64,000 nt of DNA from Meyerozyma guilliermondii (lineage: Eukaryota): assembly GCA_051546255.1 (NCBI GenBank), contig CP128821.1, positions 372,001 to 436,000 of the forward strand, given 5' to 3'. Shown piece by piece: positions 32,101-43,179 of the stretch (position 1 is its first letter; each line of letters starts with the position of its first letter). Under the pieces are notes generated by a model. It saw only the letters and a list, made by a program, of their open reading frames with translations. It did no database searches and was not told the DNA's origin. A program made the translations under genes and the position numbers.

Positions 32101-35100
32101 CTTCGAAAAATAGACCTATTTGAAAAGAAAGTGGACGAGATTCGTGCTCAAACAAAGCCATCAATAGAATCTCAAATTGAACTAACTTATGACCAGCCCC
32201 ACAAGCACACCCAAAAGCACGAGCCATCATTCCGGAGCCCGTTGCGTAATGTTATTGACGACTCGAAGACATCGAGTAGAACACGGAAGACTCGAAAGTT
32301 CAAGACAACTGCGACACCAACATCAAATGGAGCATCAACTGCTGCGAACCAAGAAGAGTTGTACACGGAAGAGGAGGCTGCAAGAATCATAGCTTCGGCT
32401 AAAGAGTCTCTTGATCAAAACTTGTCTTCTGCTTGGATCAAAAAGTACAAACTTTTCAAGCATGTTAAATTGAAGCTGTGGAGAGAGAGGGTTACAAGGC
32501 TTTGGGGAAAAGACGAAGTAAGCGAGACCATCACTTCAAAGTACGACATCCTAGAGTATTCAGACCCACCGTACTTGATGGGTGCTGGATTCAAGGACTT
32601 CGATCTCGAGTTGAGCAAGGCAAGAATCGACGACATACATGAATTTCTTCATAAACATGGTCAAGGTCAACCCCGGCTTGACTATTCCATTCTTGTTCCA
32701 CTTTATGGACGACTTCGCAGTTCGGCACTTTTCGTTTACATTCGTGATTATCCGTTACCATTGGTTTCCTTTCCTCTGAATTCGGATCCATCTAAGACTA
32801 CAATTGACCTCCGAGGTAACTTGGTGGTAAATGAAAAGTTGGTAACACGAAAGGAAGAAATGAGATACATCTTTGTGCCGTTTTCTCCATCTTTAAATGA
32901 GGAAAAGTGCACTGATACCTTCTACTCAGTGTACATTCCTCGTACACTTACTCCTGTCAAGTTCACGTTTGACTTTGAATGTGATTTAACAACTGATAGA
33001 GCATGCATGTTGAGCTGGTGCAAATCATACCAGCCAGGAATATCAGCGGTTGCGACTGCGTTTGATAGCTTTACCAAACCTGCTATAGATGATAGTCCAC
33101 TAGGATGGTGGGACAAAGTTGCTTTACTTCTTCATGGAAAAATCAAGTTTAACATACCCAACGAGTTATGCCTTCACATGAAAGGGTCTGCCAGTCCATA
33201 TGAACTAATTGGAAAAGCAGCTGGACTTGTCTTCTGCTGGAAAAATAATGTATCTTTGAGAATTAACGATACGGGAGAACCTAAAGAGTTGATACTTCTT
33301 GATAGCGACGACTTCATCCTTGGTATACCCAACTATTCTTCAACCGAAAGGAAAACATGGAGCTTGTTTTACGATGAGACACATCCCAATATCGAAGAGA
33401 ACGACATAGACTCAGAAGCCAAGAAGTTTCATAAACGAGTCATGAAGTTAACTTCATCAGACAGGGTTCAGTGGAAATTGGGATTTGACTTTGAGCGTAA
33501 TGTGAACAATACAACTGCTTTAGGCGACGACCAAGAAAGAACAAGGGATTTCAAGCCTCATTACGACGTTGTTGTTACCAACCCAATGTACGAATGGCAT
33601 CCTGATTCTTACGAAAAGTACAGATCAGACTATCTTCATCTTGCCTTTTCGGTGATTTCAAAGTCATCAAATGGTAACGCATTCAATGCAACCTACTTGA
33701 CTCCATTGACATTCTTTTACTTCTTCCATTGGTGGCATATGATGACAAAGTATACATCGCTTCCCATCAAGCAAGGTCCATTGTTTGTCAACTCTCCAGT
33801 ATCGAAGTCTCATGTCAAGATGGGATTGCATTTATACACTGTGAAATATCAATTGATTTTCGAGCCATTGGTTATATCACATTTGTACATGCACTCAACA
33901 ACATCGGTTTTTGATCACAAGGATAAAGTTGCCTTTACAGGTTTGAAGGGAAAATGTACTTCTTGTACCATTGACTTACACCAACGAAAGGAAACTTTAC
34001 AATACATCAACAAAAAGTTGAACATTGATAACAAAACTATGCACCTTAAAATGAACGAGGCAGAAGTCGAAATCCAAGAAGCTGACATTAGGTTCATAAA
34101 TGCTCAGTTTAAGGATAAGGCTATCAGTGCATATTTGGCAACATATTTGGACGACTCATCTTTATCATCGCCAACTGAATCCAAGCTGACAGAAGGTGGC
34201 CAGTCGTTCACTTCTTGGTATGCGGATTTCGAGTCTTCACACGATTCATCTGGGCCCTCATGGTATGATCCTGATGATTTAGTCGAGCTCGAATTACACG
34301 ATACCCTTTCTCCTTATCCGAAAATAAGAATTCTTCCATTTCTTTACACCCCCAAGTTCAGTTACATTAGGGAATTCTCGCTACAAAAAAATGGTCCCTA
34401 TCCTTTCGGTCGTGAGGATTTCCATGATTGTGTTTTGGGTCGCCTGGATCCCGAGCAGACTCAAATGCACTTGATTGACTCCCGAATTGACTGCCTTGGT
34501 GAATCTTTGCAAAATCTGAACGAGGACTCGAAAGAGTATAGAATCATAAAAGAGCGAATTGAGCTATTGGATGCGATCAAAGATGGTTTATCTGGCGATG
34601 ACATCTCTCGAAGGTCTTCTGTGGTCAGCGAGTCTTTAAGTTTGGAGCGTGTGAAGACTACCAACTCAAGTTACAAATCTTACAATGATATGAAGAGAGT
34701 CACCTCTCTCAACTCTGCCGTGAGCGAGTTCCACAATAGATTTATATTCCACAATGTCCAAATGAAGTGGGATAACACACTCCGTGATTTGTTCATGGAG
34801 TACTCCGAGAAGATTTCGGACAGGCGTTCACAAATGTTCTTCATGGGAAAGAAAGCAGTTGACCTTATTCGTGAAGTGCAAGCAAAGTTTCAGCGTGAAA
34901 CTTCACCAGTTGCCGAAGAAGACGACCATATTGATTTCCAATGCGGAGAAGATTTCATCAACTGTATTTATGACACAATAGGTGAGATTGACGAAGAAAA
35001 AGAAGAATCTGATAACAAGTATTTGATCAAATTTATTCATCCTCAAATACAGCTCACCAGCAGCAAGAACAAAGACTCTTGTATGATTATCACGTCACGA

Positions 35101-37080
35101 GATTTGGAGGTTCGAATCGTTGCAATCAACATGGCAGGCATGAACAATGTGATTAGTGAGGACGAAGAAACGAGCAGTAATATTGAAACTCGATATGGTG
35201 TGGTTTTCAAAGATTCACACGCTTTTGTTTTCAAAAAGGACAAAGAATCTATATCGATTGGCGAAGCTCCCTATGGCACTATGCACAGTTGCAGCAAAGC
35301 TAACTGGCCACCTTGGGTAGATTTTGAAGTTTGTTACGATAGCTCATGGATGACAGAATATTTGGTATTCGAGAGAGCTTCTATGGGACTCAAATCTATC
35401 CAGCCCAATACGTTGCAAAACAGCGACAATAAATCGTTGAAAAACCTGTTGTTCGTCCTGTTATCGAAGTTGGTTGTCAATGCTACTTCGGAGCAATATT
35501 CCACGATTTATTTCATTGCCAGCAATCTTCTCATTAGAGGAAAAACTCACCAGGATGAACTCATTAGCAAATGGAACAAACTAGCATCGCTTTCTGATGC
35601 TACCGATTTTGAGGGATTGGACGAAAAAGTCAAGTCCTTACAGGACTCGATTAGAGCCTCTTCTCATATTCTTTTGAAGTTGGACCTGAAAGGTATTCCT
35701 TTTGATGAAGAGGAACGAGAATCTATAAGGACGTTTCAGCTTGAAGTCGAGCGGCGAAAGCTTGAGTTAATTGTCCTTATGAGAAGTATAGGATTGAAGA
35801 GTTCCAAGACTCAAAGCAGCAAACAGTTTGCTCGGTTCACGAGAATTGCAGCAGATCAGGTCATTTGGCATTTACTTGATGATGACAGAGAGCCGTTTGT
35901 GGATTTTGCGTTGGCAAACGCTTGGTTTACTCGACTGGATTATGCTGATGGTTCCAATTACAACAATGTGGATGTCAGTATAGTTCAAGGTTTCAACTTG
36001 AGAACTGGCGCTGTGTATCCAGATCTCTTGATGCCCCTCAAAGAAGATAAAACAGAAACCAAGGACTCTCTACTTTCGTTGACATGGAAAATGTTGGATC
36101 CCGTTGGAGGCATAGTAATGATAAAAGATGCTAGACTTACATTGAAGCCTCTCAAGGTACAGCTTGACCATAACATGGCCCATGATTTGTTCAAGTACTT
36201 ATTTCCTGATTCCAAAAACACCGACGATTCAGAATTGGAGAACGAGGTGCTAGCAGCCAGCCAGGTTCCTCCAGATGAAGACATGGCACCAGATTCGGAA
36301 AAAACATCTAAATCTAGAAATCCATTGAGAAAACTTATCAAGAAACGAATCACCTCATCCTCAACACCAGTTAATGAAGATAGTGATGCTGACCACTCGT
36401 CTATATCTTCGACATCGTCCAAGACCCGAGTGGATACTGAGAGTGATCAACTGGTGCAAAGTAGGAGAAGTATTCGTCGCAGTGAAAGTTTATCCAAAAA
36501 GACAAATAGTGAGGAGTTTGACTATGCCGATGCAGTGGTTACAAGACTGTCGAAATATTACTCCATTATAAACTTTGATGTGTCGAAAACGATTGTCCTG
36601 ATCAGTTACAAAGCACCGAAACACCTCAACATCATCGACGTTCATAATTTGGCATTGACAATTCCCAGCTTGTCTTACCGTGACAAGATATGGTCTGCGG
36701 AAGACTTTGTTCTTCGCTTGAGAAAAGATGTCATCAAGATGATTTTGTCCAACAGTGGTAAGATCATCAGCAACAAGTTCAAGTTGAAAAAACGCCACGC
36801 CAACCAGGAACCACTAAAACAGATTTCCGACTACGCTTCTTATATGACAATCCAAGATCTTCAATCCGATGGTCGGGCGAGAGATGCCACTAAAACAAAC
36901 CTGGAATTAAAACCCCACCATCGCCACCACCACCACCATCGGTCCGGTGACGGAAACCACTTGGCAGTTCCTCATGGTGAAGAAGTGTACCGAACATATT
37001 TTGCAAGCGACGATTCCGAACCACCGGGCGACTCCGAGACGGCCGACGACTCGGTTTCTGTCATAAAAGAGAGCGAATAA
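29176..37080 (+). CDS. FMP27: Bridge-like lipid transfer protein, Fmp27/Ypr117w (Hobbit) family
   Basis: 2634 aa with N-terminal anchor; ENDPFERELGFIF, IRDYPLP, LGWWDK, WPPW and Apt1-like C-terminus. Which paralog it is remains uncertain. Confidence 0.88.
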   Translation: MNWLLTILSCVVAFYVCLILIVNRIPHVTIKSFGWLAFKHVTVTLPTSRIYIRKIYFRFHLFRWRNSPVRFLGIEFVDVNIERIAPSNEKKSSQPRTLNIPEELQLIVPKRLHNFLISTRIINQVIFMFFRVSVCDADRRDAYSLFVDVFKMEALYSSVAKNRVLFAVYNLYLSSGDPKSEDYQSNILQLRNIEFTVLCSVITECPIHDPSKYAWSFRNFDFNLSVDKLVVPLDRTKSFVSKLKPSTTAKVPETVKINKRKQIDANLDLIDQILKLVELTDIKFNDLVLSCGDVELTCGNAAFSITPLKKFNTIPTGARVFTIYLTSTKLHHKGTKCLDLPSGTFALESTPMRLIRRIYNFMDHKCEDFGKQEPLNVASSVTLTNSVIDIYHDQLDLIQHLIKPKSSSKQKPAFAPIIKHILAIVSEVKLKIVVVTTTLNMHFPKPSMSKIEKKETFHRDAYLNMVVSISLQGFVHKFMNKNLSQIIQSPSSKHKTQLLTGIFKFVGFEYLVADNTISLPKFSMKATYDVFNNNISLTVILKNLKMSSVNSAIFHLAREIRNRNIEHSNRRYDLLMGQDKDEPPLEDPQKEVQSYVKLFEILPSFISSIKVSVTSLQADIICNDGLPSFTIYDETLKRDIDLAEFKRGVSIKIEGVSINYKRASEDVLAKMRTFQCFTLSEYMSEYIPDFDLVTTYDEQLSTVSDVTSLDTTLSEENDSANLKRVKKVVYVRDLKIGNYNKEDKNLLTLMIPEADGRLDTFFIWCSIYARTLIHYFAPTVKRKASGRRISQLSGSRSNLKLNVKIDSVAVVSRFPNNVDALFEIESLTLSDVITTKEANITFARVYVVHPAVKRWARLLSIAHFNFKLGLDLESNLVDVFATTIRLNIPYSFLFYTVFDNIITFAKAVRQIKQNFLNFVEGNNDYSRILPQKRDATDFPSVRIRTKTLGMSLENDPFERELGFIFELAAIENENRLRKIDLFEKKVDEIRAQTKPSIESQIELTYDQPHKHTQKHEPSFRSPLRNVIDDSKTSSRTRKTRKFKTTATPTSNGASTAANQEELYTEEEAARIIASAKESLDQNLSSAWIKKYKLFKHVKLKLWRERVTRLWGKDEVSETITSKYDILEYSDPPYLMGAGFKDFDLELSKARIDDIHEFLHKHGQGQPRLDYSILVPLYGRLRSSALFVYIRDYPLPLVSFPLNSDPSKTTIDLRGNLVVNEKLVTRKEEMRYIFVPFSPSLNEEKCTDTFYSVYIPRTLTPVKFTFDFECDLTTDRACMLSWCKSYQPGISAVATAFDSFTKPAIDDSPLGWWDKVALLLHGKIKFNIPNELCLHMKGSASPYELIGKAAGLVFCWKNNVSLRINDTGEPKELILLDSDDFILGIPNYSSTERKTWSLFYDETHPNIEENDIDSEAKKFHKRVMKLTSSDRVQWKLGFDFERNVNNTTALGDDQERTRDFKPHYDVVVTNPMYEWHPDSYEKYRSDYLHLAFSVISKSSNGNAFNATYLTPLTFFYFFHWWHMMTKYTSLPIKQGPLFVNSPVSKSHVKMGLHLYTVKYQLIFEPLVISHLYMHSTTSVFDHKDKVAFTGLKGKCTSCTIDLHQRKETLQYINKKLNIDNKTMHLKMNEAEVEIQEADIRFINAQFKDKAISAYLATYLDDSSLSSPTESKLTEGGQSFTSWYADFESSHDSSGPSWYDPDDLVELELHDTLSPYPKIRILPFLYTPKFSYIREFSLQKNGPYPFGREDFHDCVLGRLDPEQTQMHLIDSRIDCLGESLQNLNEDSKEYRIIKERIELLDAIKDGLSGDDISRRSSVVSESLSLERVKTTNSSYKSYNDMKRVTSLNSAVSEFHNRFIFHNVQMKWDNTLRDLFMEYSEKISDRRSQMFFMGKKAVDLIREVQAKFQRETSPVAEEDDHIDFQCGEDFINCIYDTIGEIDEEKEESDNKYLIKFIHPQIQLTSSKNKDSCMIITSRDLEVRIVAINMAGMNNVISEDEETSSNIETRYGVVFKDSHAFVFKKDKESISIGEAPYGTMHSCSKANWPPWVDFEVCYDSSWMTEYLVFERASMGLKSIQPNTLQNSDNKSLKNLLFVLLSKLVVNATSEQYSTIYFIASNLLIRGKTHQDELISKWNKLASLSDATDFEGLDEKVKSLQDSIRASSHILLKLDLKGIPFDEEERESIRTFQLEVERRKLELIVLMRSIGLKSSKTQSSKQFARFTRIAADQVIWHLLDDDREPFVDFALANAWFTRLDYADGSNYNNVDVSIVQGFNLRTGAVYPDLLMPLKEDKTETKDSLLSLTWKMLDPVGGIVMIKDARLTLKPLKVQLDHNMAHDLFKYLFPDSKNTDDSELENEVLAASQVPPDEDMAPDSEKTSKSRNPLRKLIKKRITSSSTPVNEDSDADHSSISSTSSKTRVDTESDQLVQSRRSIRRSESLSKKTNSEEFDYADAVVTRLSKYYSIINFDVSKTIVLISYKAPKHLNIIDVHNLALTIPSLSYRDKIWSAEDFVLRLRKDVIKMILSNSGKIISNKFKLKKRHANQEPLKQISDYASYMTIQDLQSDGRARDATKTNLELKPHHRHHHHHRSGDGNHLAVPHGEEVYRTYFASDDSEPPGDSETADDSVSVIKESE

Positions 37081-37284
37081 TAAATAATACTAAATAATGA
37101 CGCTATGTACAATATGACTCACCAGTAGTTGCTTGTTCTTCACTTGTTCTTGCTGTTCTTGCACTTCCCTTCACCTCTTGTTCCATGCGTCTTCCTGCAG
37201 CGTACTTTGGAACACCTTCTCTTACATAAGCTGGGCCAAGCCTCCGATAATATCGAAACAACCACTGACTACTTCTACTCAGCA

Positions 37285-40077
37285 ATGGCGTTTTTTGACG
37301 CACTCAAAGAGCGGGCCGTGCTGACTATCAACCAGGTGTTCGATAAGGGCAACGATTCCGGCCTTTCCAAGGCTCAATTATTTTGTATTGAACACAGAAT
37401 TCCTGACGACGAAACCGTCATTGATGAACTGGCTGCTGAGGTCGGAGTTTATTCCGAATATAATAAGGATGCTTATAAAGAAAAGATGGGGGTTTCGCAG
37501 GGCCGAATATTTCTCACCCAGAGGTTTTTGATTTTCAGTGATGCTTACGACAAGAGAAATTGTTCATTTACCATTCATCTTTCAACAATTAAAAAAGTAG
37601 AACGGGTTCCTACCACAGATTATGCTTTTGCACTTGCAATTGGAACACACAGCCGTATCAAGCTTTCGTTTTTTCTTGTGGGAATGCGTTCCGAAAGCGA
37701 AAAGTTTGCCCATAACCTAAAATTGGCATTGCGAGCAAATCTCAAAAATATAGCCAAACTTCAGCCTTTTATTCAGACATGTTACTCGGAATATTTGCTC
37801 GCAAAAAACAAGGTATCGTCCGAGAAAGTCGACGAGATTCCATCTGGCGGATTGGGCTTGGAATTTAAGTTTCCAGGAAACGCTAAAGAGCTTCGTGACA
37901 AGTCCAAGATGAAACTTTGGTTCGATCTTTTTAAAGCAGACGGCCGCAACTTGTCCATTGTAAAGACTCCCATGTTTCACCGGTTGGTCAGAGTGGGTTT
38001 ACCAAATCGGTTGAGAGGTGAGATCTGGGAATTGTGCTGTGGCTCGATGTATCTCAGACTTGAGAATGTGGGATTATATCAACAACTTCTTGATGAGAAC
38101 AAGGAGAAGAACTCCCTCGCAATAGAGGAAATAGAAAAGGACTTGAATCGGTCTTTGCCAGAATACGCAGCCTACCAGTCTCCAGAAGGAATCGAAAGAT
38201 TGCGCAATGTTTTAACAGCTTATTCATGGAAGAACCCTGAAGTTGGCTACTGCCAAGCTATGAATATTGTCACCGCTGCCCTCCTCATATACATGTCTGA
38301 AGAACAGGCTTTCTGGTGCTTGCATATGATTTGTGATAGAATTGTTCCAGGTTACTACTCCAAAACCATGTATGGAACATTGTTGGACCAGAGAGTTTTT
38401 GAGTCTTTGGTGCAAGATACTATGCCTATGCTTTGGGAACATATCACCAAGTATGATATACAGCTTTCTGTGGTATCTTTGCCTTGGTTTCTTTCCCTCT
38501 TTTTGAGCTCGATGCCTCTAGTTTACGCTTTCAGAATCTTGGATGTGTTCTTCCTTCAAGGTCCTAAAACGCTTTTCCAGGTTGCATTAGCTATTCTCAA
38601 GTTGAATGGTGAAGAATTGCTTAAAGTTGAAGACGATGGCTCGTTCATCTCCTTGATAAAAGACTACTTTCACAGCCTCGAGCAATCGGCTCATCCAAAT
38701 TCTCCAAACCAAAAGTACCGAACTATCACCAAGTTTCAAGAGCTTTTGGTGACAGCGTTCAAAGAGTTCTCTGTTATCAACGAAGCCGTTTTGAACAAGC
38801 ATCGCGTCAAGCACCGGAACACAATTTTCCTGAATATCTCCACCTTCGTGAAACGGACAGAGTTGAGAAATTTGCCCAAAGTCAAAAACATAGACCAGCC
38901 CACACTTGGAAACATATATGATCGCTACTATTCGATTGTTGAATCCAATGTCACAGTGGGTAGTGGATCCAGTGTGATGGACTTTGAAGGGTTTAGAATT
39001 TTCATGTCTCAAATATGTACCTGGGTGAACGAAAATGACGACAATCCCTTCCTTCGGAGATTGATGAACCATTGGGATTCTGAGGGGCAGAAAGCGTTGA
39101 CGTTGTCAGACTTGGTGGTGGGATTGAACAAGCTAATTGAGCCGGACCTCATGGAAGCAATGTCCAATTTCTTCAGCTTGTATGACGATAAAAAGAACGG
39201 CAAGTTGGATCGAGAGCATATACTACAAGTTTCTGAAGACTTATTGTATATCACAACTCCGTGGAAGGATGCTTGGGAATTGGACAGGATAACTGAAGAT
39301 GCCATTGAAAATGCCATTGCCGACGAAATTGTGAAGAGAAAAGCTGAGAAAGGTGAGAAATCCGGTGACATAGAAATCTCATCTGAGATTGAAATTGACA
39401 AGCCCAAGTTGGAAAACCAACAAATTGAGAGATACTTGTCTGCTGCAAGTACATTTATACAGCGTGCATTTGAATATGCCCAGCCAGAAGAGGAAGAAGC
39501 GCTCATAAAAGAGCTTGCGGTTGATAATAAAATCTCACACAATGCTGCTTTGGATCCTAGTACGCCCACATATCTCAATTTACCCACCTTCAGAATGGTG
39601 GTGTTGGCTGATGAAACATACGAGTTACTTTTCAGCAACACTTTGAGGAATTCAATTCGTCCAGAGAAGCCATTAGACGAGAAATTCGATACTATGAGAA
39701 ACTTGAAAGACATGTTTGATGGATTGTTAGCCGATGGTCGAAAGGTTGCGAATAAGGTGAGGAAGAGAATGGACTCTGCAGCATCAAGTGCAATCAATAA
39801 TCAGAACCAATCGCTGAACCACCAAAGCGAATCCTCTTCATTGAAATCAGGCAAATCCAAGATTCAAGAGGAGGACGAAGAAAGAGATGATGATTTCGGA
39901 GTTATATCGATTGACGAAAAAGATAAGGATCTCTTGTTGGGAGCAGAAAGTCATGTTGTTATCAACACGCCAGACCAGGCCACAGCGGTACCTAAAACCC
40001 AATCGAGTGCAAGTACTAGTACGACCAAGGATGGTGAAAAACAACCAGATGGAAATCTTATTGAATTTGAAACTTAA
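37285..40077 (+). CDS. MDR1: Rab GTPase-activating protein (GRAM + TBC + EF-hand)
   Basis: GLPNRLRGEIW, IEKDLNRSLP, VGYCQAMN. Likely start MAFFD at 37285 (Gyp2/Mdr1 ortholog). Confidence 0.9.
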   Translation: MAFFDALKERAVLTINQVFDKGNDSGLSKAQLFCIEHRIPDDETVIDELAAEVGVYSEYNKDAYKEKMGVSQGRIFLTQRFLIFSDAYDKRNCSFTIHLSTIKKVERVPTTDYAFALAIGTHSRIKLSFFLVGMRSESEKFAHNLKLALRANLKNIAKLQPFIQTCYSEYLLAKNKVSSEKVDEIPSGGLGLEFKFPGNAKELRDKSKMKLWFDLFKADGRNLSIVKTPMFHRLVRVGLPNRLRGEIWELCCGSMYLRLENVGLYQQLLDENKEKNSLAIEEIEKDLNRSLPEYAAYQSPEGIERLRNVLTAYSWKNPEVGYCQAMNIVTAALLIYMSEEQAFWCLHMICDRIVPGYYSKTMYGTLLDQRVFESLVQDTMPMLWEHITKYDIQLSVVSLPWFLSLFLSSMPLVYAFRILDVFFLQGPKTLFQVALAILKLNGEELLKVEDDGSFISLIKDYFHSLEQSAHPNSPNQKYRTITKFQELLVTAFKEFSVINEAVLNKHRVKHRNTIFLNISTFVKRTELRNLPKVKNIDQPTLGNIYDRYYSIVESNVTVGSGSSVMDFEGFRIFMSQICTWVNENDDNPFLRRLMNHWDSEGQKALTLSDLVVGLNKLIEPDLMEAMSNFFSLYDDKKNGKLDREHILQVSEDLLYITTPWKDAWELDRITEDAIENAIADEIVKRKAEKGEKSGDIEISSEIEIDKPKLENQQIERYLSAASTFIQRAFEYAQPEEEEALIKELAVDNKISHNAALDPSTPTYLNLPTFRMVVLADETYELLFSNTLRNSIRPEKPLDEKFDTMRNLKDMFDGLLADGRKVANKVRKRMDSAASSAINNQNQSLNHQSESSSLKSGKSKIQEEDEERDDDFGVISIDEKDKDLLLGAESHVVINTPDQATAVPKTQSSASTSTTKDGEKQPDGNLIEFET

Positions 40078-40137
40078 TTATTAGCATAAATAAATCACGT
40101 ACAAAATCTACCTATATCGAAGATACTTGTGTATAAC

Positions 40138-42633
40138 TTAACGCAGCTCATTATTCCTTCCGAAAAGTTTTCGTAACTTGCCAAACTTCTTTTTACCTTT
40201 GGGTGGCTTTTCTTCTTCCTTGGGTTGCCTCAATGTATGTCTCTCTGAGACAACTGGTGCCAGTGCAGGGGCTTGCTCCACTGGGTGATTTTCGGCGGCA
40301 GAATGGGCAGCTAGTTGAGGAACTTCCTCGTCGTCTGAATCCGCAATACGAGAAGTGAATCTGTGTTTTGTAGGACTTTCGGATTCAGAGGAGCTCAGAA
40401 TCCTGTGAGCATTAGCATCACTCTGTGGCACGGTAGATGGCTGTGGTTGAGTCTGCGGTGCTGAAGTATTATCTCTAAGAGTCGTTCTAGTGACTTTAGG
40501 CTGCTGACCGGAGCCATTAGCACCTTCACTTTCCTTGTCAAAAGACGATTTCTTTGTGTTTAAAGGTCTGAATTGGGAAATTGGTCTAGAGTTGGCCTTG
40601 GCATAAAGCTCAGCAGCTCTTTGTTTTGATGGTGATTGATAGTTGGGTTGTAAGGCTGGATGAGGCGCCATAGGTGCAACATACGAATTACGATCCCGAA
40701 GAGAACGGCTGCTCATACCACCGGCCCCTGCTCCTTGGGCGTGTTGTTGATGTTGGCCATGGTGGAACACATCTGAATTTGGTCGCAAGGTCTTGTGTGC
40801 CATCACACTCCCTTGTTGATGACCTTGTGGTTGAGGTGACTGTTGCAATTGCTGCTGAGGTGGTTTTCTCGAGACGGATTGTCTCTTGGCAGAATTGTTC
40901 GCAGTTGGGTAATGATGACTATCGAAGCCGTTAACCGCGAGCGCATCGCCCAACTGTGACGAAGAAAGCTTGGAGTTCAATCTGGTATTCTCTGCCGTTG
41001 TCAAAGAAAGATATGCTTCGCGAGCAGGATTTTGTGCTCTGGGTGCTGACTGCAGTGATGAATTGTAGAAAGAGTTTGAATTTTTAATTGCGGACTTCTT
41101 TGGTTTCAAAGCCGACTTGTGAGGCGAGGACGAGTCGAAAGTGCCCCCAGAGCGAACCGAGGAGTTGGAGCTGCTAACATTATTGATAGGAGGCGGAAGA
41201 TGCAACAGATCAGCAATGTTCTTTGAGTCGTCCGAGTCGATATATTCGGGGCTGGGATCAAACTGAGGTTTTAACATCGATGCATCAAGCAGTGGATCAG
41301 GAAGATCGGGCACACTGACGAGCTCAGTTTCACCATCACGTTCCGGTGAAGGAGCATAGTGGTTGATAATACCAAGTTCGGCTCCCGTTGCAGGATCTAA
41401 AGTGGAAAAGCTCTGTTCGTGGTCGGGTGCTGAGTTTTCATCAACCGCATTTTTCTTGTCCAATTCATCCACAGTAACGGCGTTGGCATCGATAGAAGCA
41501 TCAGGGATCACTTCCGCCTCATAAACCGAGGACTTTTCTGACAAGTTATCCTCCAATGTATCTTCAACGGTACCCAAGTCGGGACGCAAAATAGGCGACG
41601 ATGATTCACGAAGTTCCTTTTTAGCCAATTCGTCGACTGCAAAAGGTGGCTCTACAATGGGAACATCCTCTTCTTCGGATTCGACAGGCTGCGTGGGTGC
41701 ATGAGTATCAAGGTCTTTTTCTTGGTCCAACTCCAAAATGGCTTGTTCTTTTCTAAGACGTTCTGCCTTCAAACGCTCGAATTCACTCTTCATCTCTTCC
41801 AATTCCCGCGCCATCTTCTTTTCGTTGTCTATCTGTTTTTGGAGAGCCTCTAACTTTTTCTGGTGGTCCTTCACATCGTCCGCCGTGTCCACCGCCTCTT
41901 CTTCCTCCACCATCGAAGACATTCCCTTGGCGCCTTGCAAGCTCGAGAGCCGCAGCGATTGCCTAACTGCCGATGATGATTGTTGTGGTGGTTTTCCGGT
42001 CAAAGACAGCAGCCGAGGAATTCTACGATTTTGAGACAACGAGTTCAAAGACCCGGATCTGTACATGTTGGGTCCTGACCGGAGCGAGTTGCTGCGTGCT
42101 ACTTCTTTAGCAAAGTTGGTTTCAGGAACTTCCACGACTTTGATGCCTGTGGGTGTGGGAATATACTTTTTCACCATTCTCACCGGGACGTTGTTCGGGT
42201 CAGAAAGCTTCAAATCGCTCACCGCATGGTCATTGAAACTGTCGTTGAAGCTGCCAAAGCTATCGTTAAAACTGGAGTTATCGTGGTTACCATTAACATT
42301 CTGAAATGAACTGCGCCTCGAGTCTGTTCCAGGAGGTTGTTTATAATGATCCATTCGACGGCCCTGGTTGATAGATGGCAGTCTCGGAACCTGCCGGGCT
42401 TGGGGCAGCTGGCGAACCGAACCCAGGCGTCCAATGGTTTGATTTGGGTTTGTTTGGAATGAAGCCAGCCGGCGGACCTGTCCCTGGGGAGCCGATGGGT
42501 CTTTTAAGGATTGGCCAATAGTCAATGCTGCCGCCATTGCGTTGTGCGAGGGAGCCTGGGCGGGCTGCGGAGCATGGTTTACCCCCGTGTAGGCGGTGGC
42601 ATGGGCGGTGCGGTGCTTACGACGGGAAAACAT
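40138..42633 (-). CDS. Low-complexity coiled-coil protein with basic C-terminus (possibly Msc3/eisosome-associated-like)
   Basis: 831-aa ORF with MVKKYIPTPTGIKVVEVP and AYLSLTTAENTRLNSKLS blocks and a KKKFGKLRKLFG tail. Family call is weak. Confidence 0.7.
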   Translation of the reverse strand: MFSRRKHRTAHATAYTGVNHAPQPAQAPSHNAMAAALTIGQSLKDPSAPQGQVRRLASFQTNPNQTIGRLGSVRQLPQARQVPRLPSINQGRRMDHYKQPPGTDSRRSSFQNVNGNHDNSSFNDSFGSFNDSFNDHAVSDLKLSDPNNVPVRMVKKYIPTPTGIKVVEVPETNFAKEVARSNSLRSGPNMYRSGSLNSLSQNRRIPRLLSLTGKPPQQSSSAVRQSLRLSSLQGAKGMSSMVEEEEAVDTADDVKDHQKKLEALQKQIDNEKKMARELEEMKSEFERLKAERLRKEQAILELDQEKDLDTHAPTQPVESEEEDVPIVEPPFAVDELAKKELRESSSPILRPDLGTVEDTLEDNLSEKSSVYEAEVIPDASIDANAVTVDELDKKNAVDENSAPDHEQSFSTLDPATGAELGIINHYAPSPERDGETELVSVPDLPDPLLDASMLKPQFDPSPEYIDSDDSKNIADLLHLPPPINNVSSSNSSVRSGGTFDSSSPHKSALKPKKSAIKNSNSFYNSSLQSAPRAQNPAREAYLSLTTAENTRLNSKLSSSQLGDALAVNGFDSHHYPTANNSAKRQSVSRKPPQQQLQQSPQPQGHQQGSVMAHKTLRPNSDVFHHGQHQQHAQGAGAGGMSSRSLRDRNSYVAPMAPHPALQPNYQSPSKQRAAELYAKANSRPISQFRPLNTKKSSFDKESEGANGSGQQPKVTRTTLRDNTSAPQTQPQPSTVPQSDANAHRILSSSESESPTKHRFTSRIADSDDEEVPQLAAHSAAENHPVEQAPALAPVVSERHTLRQPKEEEKPPKGKKKFGKLRKLFGRNNELR

Positions 42634-42777
42634 GATGTGTTGTTACGCTACAGCAATTTTAGAGACGGAGTGCGGGACTGTATGCAGGCAAGGGACAATG
42701 AAGACTGAAGGAAAATAAATGGGATATGAATGAAATTGATTATGTATGTTGAGTGGTGTGCTTAGTGGTGCTATGAG

Positions 42778-43179
42778 TTATACCGTCGTGAACTTTGGTT
42801 TCAAAAATGATGGTGGGCCGCCATTTAGGTGCAAAATGTTCGCGAGCCATATTCCGCACCGTTGGCCGTGGTTGGTGATTTGCCAAAGAATGGGTCCACA
42901 GACCATAAGGATTCCTGTCCAGAGGAAGCCCAGGAGAAGCGGCAGCACGATTTGGTCTTTGATTATGGCGTAAAGTACCACACTTGTGGGAATGGGAAGA
43001 GGTTTTGGTTGCAAATCGAGTTCTTCATCTGTCAATTCATGCTTATGGCGGCGTTTCTGACGACTATAAAAAGACGTCTGGGACTTTGCTTGGGCTGCTG
43101 CTTGTTCGGGGTGGGCGTAGGCGTTGAGAGAGGCCACAAAAGTCTCCTCGAAACGGAGATCGGGTATTTTGTAGTCCAT
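42778..43179 (-). CDS. Small fungal membrane protein (DUF1770-like)
   Basis: [19 protein letters not shown]...GFLW motifs. Confidence 0.7.
   Translation of the reverse strand: MDYKIPDLRFEETFVASLNAYAHPEQAAAQAKSQTSFYSRQKRRHKHELTDEELDLQPKPLPIPTSVVLYAIIKDQIVLPLLLGFLWTGILMVCGPILWQITNHGQRCGIWLANILHLNGGPPSFLKPKFTTV

Noticed and set aside
36916..36939. His-rich tract near the FMP27 C-terminus
   Set aside because: CAC-type repeat in a probably disordered tail; no evidence of function.
39009..39797. 262-aa antisense ORF inside MDR1 (also 11625-12269, 43292-43873, 46832-47311 and similar)
   Set aside because: Antisense shadows of conserved genes with no recognisable motifs.
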